From positions 1 through 62,744 of IMG/VR virus record IMGVR_UViG_3300008259_000034: a DNA stretch of 62,744 nt; one strand, 5' to 3'. The notes beneath the pieces were generated by a model. That model did no database searches. It saw only the letters and a program-made list of their open reading frames with translations, and was not told where the DNA came from. The position numbers and the translations under genes were made by a program. Positions 58,328 through 62,744 of this stretch are shown here, piece by piece. Positions within the stretch are counted from its first letter, which is position 1. Each line of letters opens with the position of its first letter. This stretch comes from a virus (Duplodnaviria > Caudoviricetes).

Positions 58328-61300
58328 TTAAGCAGTAGCTATGTTAGTGAACATGTCTGTGTTGCCAGTCTTTCTTAATTGTTTTTCTCCAGTGTCTTTT
58401 GCACCAATTTGAATTTTAATTAATTGTTCCATCTTACTATTTAAGCTAGAAAGTAGTACAGCCGGTGATTCTTGAGAGCCGGCAGGACCAGTAGGTCCTC
58501 CCAGTGCTGTTTGTTGAGTACCTGCTAGCCCTTGTTTCAATGATTCCATTGGATTAGCTGCAAGGCCAGTTGATGAAGCAGCTTCTGCTTCTTTTGGTTT
58601 AGCTAATGCTGTTTGGACCGCAGAAGCAGTTGGAGTGTTTACCGCTGTGGCTTTTACAAGTTCTTTGGCTTCTTTTGGTTTAGCTAATGCTGTTTGAGTA
58701 TCTGAAGATTTTGGTGTATTTTCTGTTTTAGCTGTTGCAACTGCTGTATTTGGCTTGTCTTCTTTTTTAGCTGTTACCGGATCATTGACTACTACACCAC
58801 CGCCCTCATTTGCTTTGTATAATGCTTGTCTTTCTTGATTAATTCGTTTTGTAACACCGGCCTTAACTGCTTCCGAACTGCTTCTAAAGTTTGTTTTAAC
58901 ATTTTCTGCTTTATAGTCTTGAATAGCGTCAATGATTTCTTTATCATTCATCTTATTGGTGTCTTTACCTTTAAGAGCTTTGATTATAGTTTCAGTGTTT
59001 GCACCATATTGATTGGCAGTTGACATAATTGCTTCTTGTACGCCAAACCCTTTTTTAGACAAATCAATTCCGCTGTTTTGTAATTTTGCCATTTGCGGAT
59101 CATAGTGAGTTGTTTTAGCGTGTGCTGATTGAGCTTCGCCAAATTTAGTATCTTCTTTCCCAAGTTTTTTCCACTGAGCGTCAAATGCTGCTGACCCAAC
59201 CTGCATACCTTGAAATTGACTTGCATACCCAGATTTTTGTAAGAACTTGTCAACGTCACCTGTTTTGCTTGATAACTGGAACGATCCGTAGCTCTTGCCA
59301 CCGTGATCGCCGTGCCCAGTTGATACTGAACCCGAATTTCCACCAGATTCAAATTGCGCTGCAACTTTGCCTAATCCCTTTACATCTGATTTTGGCTCAG
59401 CGTATTTGCCAGCAACTTTTCTACCAAGGAAGTCCCCACCCTTACTACCTAATACACCACCAATGATACCACCGATCACAGTACCGACGCCTGGGAATAT
59501 TAATGTACCAATAGTTGCGCCTGCCAGTGTACCACCTGCTCCGCCTGCTGCGCTACCTACGCCGCCTCCGACTGCTTCTGATTTTTTTTGTTTAGCTTGG
59601 TCTTCAGATATCTTTCCATCTTTTAACTCGTCGCTAATCTCGCTTAATTCCATTCCCATTCCTGCAATTGCAGTTACCGCAGCAACACCGCCGCCGAGTC
59701 GGCCAAGTGTCTTTAGACCTTTAGATCCTTTAGATCCTTTTTTATCTTTACCATCTTTATCTTTACCATCAGGTCCGTCACCTAGGCCGCCTTTACCGTT
59801 GGTAGTTACATGCATTGGATTTAGCGCCGACGAGCCTCGTTGATTTACTTTGGCTCTTTCAATTGCAAGCGATGCTTTATATGCCAACTGGGCAACTTTA
59901 AGAGCAATCATAGTAGCAACAACTGCTTTAATATTTGTCGCTAGATACACAAATATAGGTACCAAGAACGTTTTAGTAAAATCTGCAAGTAGCGTAAATG
60001 CTCCCATCATTGCTGGTAAAATTCCTGCTAGCATTTTTGTAAATTCGTTGCTGGTTGCAGCAATCTGTTGCTTAAACTTCTCCATCGATGCGGGATCTAA
60101 TCCTTTATCTAGCAATTCTTGTTCTTGTTTCTTTCGCTCTGCTGCTGCGGCAATCTGTCCTTTTATCTCTGTGCCCAAATCTGTTTGACGTGATGCAAGT
60201 GTATTTGATGCTACCATTATTCCGTTTAGTTCTGGAATAAATTTTGCAGCAACTCCTCCTAGACTAGATTTTGATAATGCTTTTCCTTCGGATTGTATAA
60301 GATTTGCATTTTGTATTACCGCATCTGTAGTAATAGTTCCGGTTCTTTCGGCAGTTTTACCTAACGATTGTAAACTTCTACCAGAATTTTTCATAAAGAC
60401 TAAAAATTGTTGTCCTGCTTCTGTAGTAGCTGTGCCTGTGGCTAAAACTTCTTTGGCTCCTGCTTGCATTCCTGCTGGAATACTAGCCATCAATATTTCT
60501 AAATTCTTTTGACCATCAGCATCTAACTTATTTTTTAAATTTAAATATTGCGCATCGGCCATGCGAGCATTTTCTTGTTCTTGCAATGCTTCTTTACTTT
60601 GTCCAGTAAGCGTTGCTACTGCATTTAATTCTTTGAGATAGTTACCAGTAACAGATGCAATCTGTTCAGTGGTCATTTTTTGTAATGCACCACCTTTGGC
60701 AAGTCGACCACCAAATGAAGCTAATCCGTTGTTAATATCTTCGGTAGAGTATCCCATACGATACAACTCATCAGCCACCCCACTTTTACGAATTTGTTTA
60801 CCCAACTCGCCTAATCGTTTTGCACCGTCAGCTGATCCTTGTCCTAATAACGCAACACTTTCGCCATTCTTTGCAATAATACCACTAAACGCATCAAAAG
60901 TTAAACCAGCACCTGTGGCAGAATCAATCATGTCAGTAATACTGCCGCCAAAGTTTGCGCCAACACTGGCCGATTTTTGAAACGCTGTCATACTTCGATC
61001 AGCTGCTTGGGCAACAGCTCCAAACACACTAGATAGCAGTCTACCTGCTATCGGAATATGATTAAACGTTGCCGCAGCAGCAGTTACACTATTGCCCATT
61101 GTAGAAAAACTGGTCATAATACTTGATAGGCCAGTAACAGCTTGCTCCAATCCATTTGCTAGTTTTTCTAAAATAACAATTGAATCTTCTAATTCTTCAA
61201 TATATTTTTTCTGTGCGGCTGCTGCTTTCTTTTGAGCAGCGGTATTTTTTGTCTGCTCTTCGGTGTTGTCTTTGACTGCTGCTGTCTCGTTTTCTCTAGC

Positions 61301-61504
61301 TTTAGATGAGTCTTTGCTAGCTTTGGCTAGTCTGCGCAGTTCTGCTTCAAGATCAGTCTGTATCTTTTTGTCTTTTTTAGTATTTTTTGACTGACTATTC
61401 ATCATAGCCGTCATTGTGGCAAGCAGAGCTTTGAGCGTTGCTTCGGTTGCTGCGTTGTTTAGTTCTACTGGTTGATCACCAATAGCGCCATATACATCTG
61501 CCAT
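58328..61504 (-). CDS. Tape-measure-like / baseplate hub protein with muramidase domain
   Basis: Long A/G-rich helices, glycine-zipper GAxxGxxxG region, then FESGG...GDHGGKSYGSFQLSS lysozyme-like domain; start MADVYG. Confidence 0.7.
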   Translation of the reverse strand: MADVYGAIGDQPVELNNAATEATLKALLATMTAMMNSQSKNTKKDKKIQTDLEAELRRLAKASKDSSKARENETAAVKDNTEEQTKNTAAQKKAAAAQKKYIEELEDSIVILEKLANGLEQAVTGLSSIMTSFSTMGNSVTAAAATFNHIPIAGRLLSSVFGAVAQAADRSMTAFQKSASVGANFGGSITDMIDSATGAGLTFDAFSGIIAKNGESVALLGQGSADGAKRLGELGKQIRKSGVADELYRMGYSTEDINNGLASFGGRLAKGGALQKMTTEQIASVTGNYLKELNAVATLTGQSKEALQEQENARMADAQYLNLKNKLDADGQKNLEILMASIPAGMQAGAKEVLATGTATTEAGQQFLVFMKNSGRSLQSLGKTAERTGTITTDAVIQNANLIQSEGKALSKSSLGGVAAKFIPELNGIMVASNTLASRQTDLGTEIKGQIAAAAERKKQEQELLDKGLDPASMEKFKQQIAATSNEFTKMLAGILPAMMGAFTLLADFTKTFLVPIFVYLATNIKAVVATMIALKVAQLAYKASLAIERAKVNQRGSSALNPMHVTTNGKGGLGDGPDGKDKDGKDKKGSKGSKGLKTLGRLGGGVAAVTAIAGMGMELSEISDELKDGKISEDQAKQKKSEAVGGGVGSAAGGAGGTLAGATIGTLIFPGVGTVIGGIIGGVLGSKGGDFLGRKVAGKYAEPKSDVKGLGKVAAQFESGGNSGSVSTGHGDHGGKSYGSFQLSSKTGDVDKFLQKSGYASQFQGMQVGSAAFDAQWKKLGKEDTKFGEAQSAHAKTTHYDPQMAKLQNSGIDLSKKGFGVQEAIMSTANQYGANTETIIKALKGKDTNKMNDKEIIDAIQDYKAENVKTNFRSSSEAVKAGVTKRINQERQALYKANEGGGVVVNDPVTAKKEDKPNTAVATAKTENTPKSSDTQTALAKPKEAKELVKATAVNTPTASAVQTALAKPKEAEAASSTGLAANPMESLKQGLAGTQQTALGGPTGPAGSQESPAVLLSSLNSKMEQLIKIQIGAKDTGEKQLRKTGNTDMFTNIATA
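58587..58696. repeat. 29-bp direct repeat (QTALAKPKEA twice)
   Basis: 58587-58615 identical to 58668-58696. Confidence 0.85.
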
Positions 61505-61532
61505 AATTAATTTAGACCTCAAAAAATGCGCA

Positions 61533-61560
61533 TATAAATAGACTTATACACATTTATTTA
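61533..61560. promoter_or_regulatory. Face-to-face late promoters
   Basis: TATAAATA on + (61533-61540) and TAAATA on - (61555-61560). Confidence 0.65.
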
Positions 61561-61573
61561 TCGGAGTAAAAAA

Positions 61574-62443
61574 ATGCCAGAACAAACAATTCCACAGCCA
61601 ACGGCTAAGCCTGTTAATCCGCTTGCCGGGTATTTCAGACAGCCTAAGTTGTATTTGAAATTGCCTAGTAACGGCGAGTTTTATCCTGATGGTATCCTGG
61701 ATCACAGCCAAATTGACGAGTATGCAGTTTATGCTATGACAGCTAAAGACGAGTTAATTTTTAAGTCACCTGATGCGTTAATGAACGGTCAAGCCACTGT
61801 TGAAGTTATCAAGAGTTGTATACCTTCAATTAAAGATCCTTGGCTAATGCCCAGTATTGATCTAGATGCTGTGTTAATTGCAATACGAATTGCCACATAC
61901 GGTGAGGAGATGGAAGTATCATCAATATGTCCTAGCTGTGATCACTCTAACGATTATCAAATCAATCTAGTTCACTATCTAGACAGAGCTTCTCAATTCC
62001 AATATGTAAAAGAAATCCCTGTTGGTCCTTTGGTAATCAGTATTAGACCATACAACTACAAAGAAATCACAAAGACAGCAATTAGAAGTCTTGAACAACA
62101 AAAAATTATTTCTATTGTCAATGATGAATCGTTAACAGATGAAGAAAAAATTGAACGATTTGGATTGAGTTTTGTCAAACTAACTGAGCTTACCGTTGAC
62201 ATTGTTACTGGTTGTATCACCAGTATTCAAACACCAACTGATCTTGTAACTGATCAAGAACAAATTCAAGAATTTGTTAACAACAGTCCAACAGCGGTAT
62301 TCAACGGTATTAATGAACACATTACTAAATTAAAAGATGAGATTGCTCTAAAAGCTCAAACAGTTAGTTGTCAAGAATGTGAAACTACATTTGATGTTGA
62401 GTTGACAATGGATCAAACAAATTTTTTCGGAGTAGGATCTTAA
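61574..62443 (+). CDS. gp26: Baseplate hub assembly chaperone (gp26-like)
   Basis: LKLPSNG, MTAKDEL, DLDAVLIAIRIATYGE, CPSC, CQEC, C-terminal NFF. Confidence 0.75.
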   Translation: MPEQTIPQPTAKPVNPLAGYFRQPKLYLKLPSNGEFYPDGILDHSQIDEYAVYAMTAKDELIFKSPDALMNGQATVEVIKSCIPSIKDPWLMPSIDLDAVLIAIRIATYGEEMEVSSICPSCDHSNDYQINLVHYLDRASQFQYVKEIPVGPLVISIRPYNYKEITKTAIRSLEQQKIISIVNDESLTDEEKIERFGLSFVKLTELTVDIVTGCITSIQTPTDLVTDQEQIQEFVNNSPTAVFNGINEHITKLKDEIALKAQTVSCQECETTFDVELTMDQTNFFGVGS

Positions 62444-62502
62444 ATCTCTCCCGTCCGGAGATCCTACAGTATGTTAAGGCATTAGAAAAAGAAGGACAGG
62501 AG
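62419..62502 (+). other. Candidate programmed -1 frameshift signal
   Basis: A_AAT_TTT 62419-62425, 6-nt spacer, stem1 62432-62440/62459-62467, stem2 62448-62456/62494-62502. Confidence 0.65.
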
Positions 62503-62655
62503 CTCAAGAAAGATCTCTTGAAGATGTGCTGGTATATGCGCGGCATGAGCTATCAAGACGTCCTTAATTTAACAAACGATGAACGCATGATCATCGGAGA
62601 GATCATTAAAGAAAATTTAGAAACAACTAAAAAATCAGGACTACCGTTCTTTTAA
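62425..62655 (+). CDS. -1 frame extension of gp26-like protein (gp51/chaperone-T-like)
   Basis: Hand translation FRSRILNLSRPEILQYVKALEKEGQELKKDLLKMCWYMRGMSYQDVLNLTNDERMIIGEIIKENLETTKKSGLPFF*; no well-placed SD/start. Confidence 0.65.
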   Translation, partial: FRSRILNLSRPEILQYVKALEKEGQELKKDLLKMCWYMRGMSYQDVLNLTNDERMIIGEIIKENLETTKKSGLPFF

Positions 62656-62744
62656 AGTTGTTTAATTAGTTTTTGAATTTCTTGTTTAGCAGATCTGTCT
62701 ACAGGTCTATCATTAACTGCGTTAGTTAATCCCGCTTTCAACGC
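62652..62744 (-). CDS. 3' end of a convergent gene (partial)
   Basis: Open frame ALKAGLTNAVNDRPVDRSAKQEIQKLIKQL* from window edge; shares TTAA with the -1 ORF stop. Confidence 0.5.
   Translation of the reverse strand, partial: ALKAGLTNAVNDRPVDRSAKQEIQKLIKQL

Noticed and set aside
14330-60980. Many 60-158 aa ORFs antisense to, or in alternate frames of, the large genes
   Set aside because: Shadow ORFs from codon bias of G/T/A/S-rich genes; no promoters, SDs or recognisable motifs.
1-62744. Alternative genetic code, introns or inteins
   Set aside because: Core genes are intact under the standard code at plausible lengths; no intein or intron signatures noticed.

Overview
This window is part of the morphogenesis region of a large, AT-rich, T4-related contractile-tailed phage; no host genes, tRNAs, rRNA or CRISPR arrays were seen. 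Most genes lie on the minus strand. Core genes: terminase large (partial) and small subunits, gp4-like nuclease, tail tube and sheath, dNMP kinase, neck gp13/gp14, gp15, portal, prohead core, protease, scaffold, major capsid protein, a tape-measure-like protein with a muramidase domain, and a gp26-like hub chaperone. About 37 kb (13.9-51.5 kb) encodes giant modular fibre/appendage proteins and a glycosyltransferase plus carbamoyltransferase pair. Main leads: (1) helical repeats in the giant virion proteins that resemble the bilin-binding C-x-R-D helix of phycobiliproteins; (2) a candidate -1 frameshift (A_AAU_UUU, 6-nt spacer, H-type pseudoknot) extending the gp26-like chaperone; (3) three tandem ~9-11% cysteine paralogs next to a chaperone, a glycosyltransferase and a carbamoyltransferase; (4) a virion-type protein with two type-1 copper motifs; (5) TAAATA late promoters placed 4-7 nt before start codons, suggesting leaderless mRNAs. 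All family assignments come from motif recognition by eye; no searches were run.
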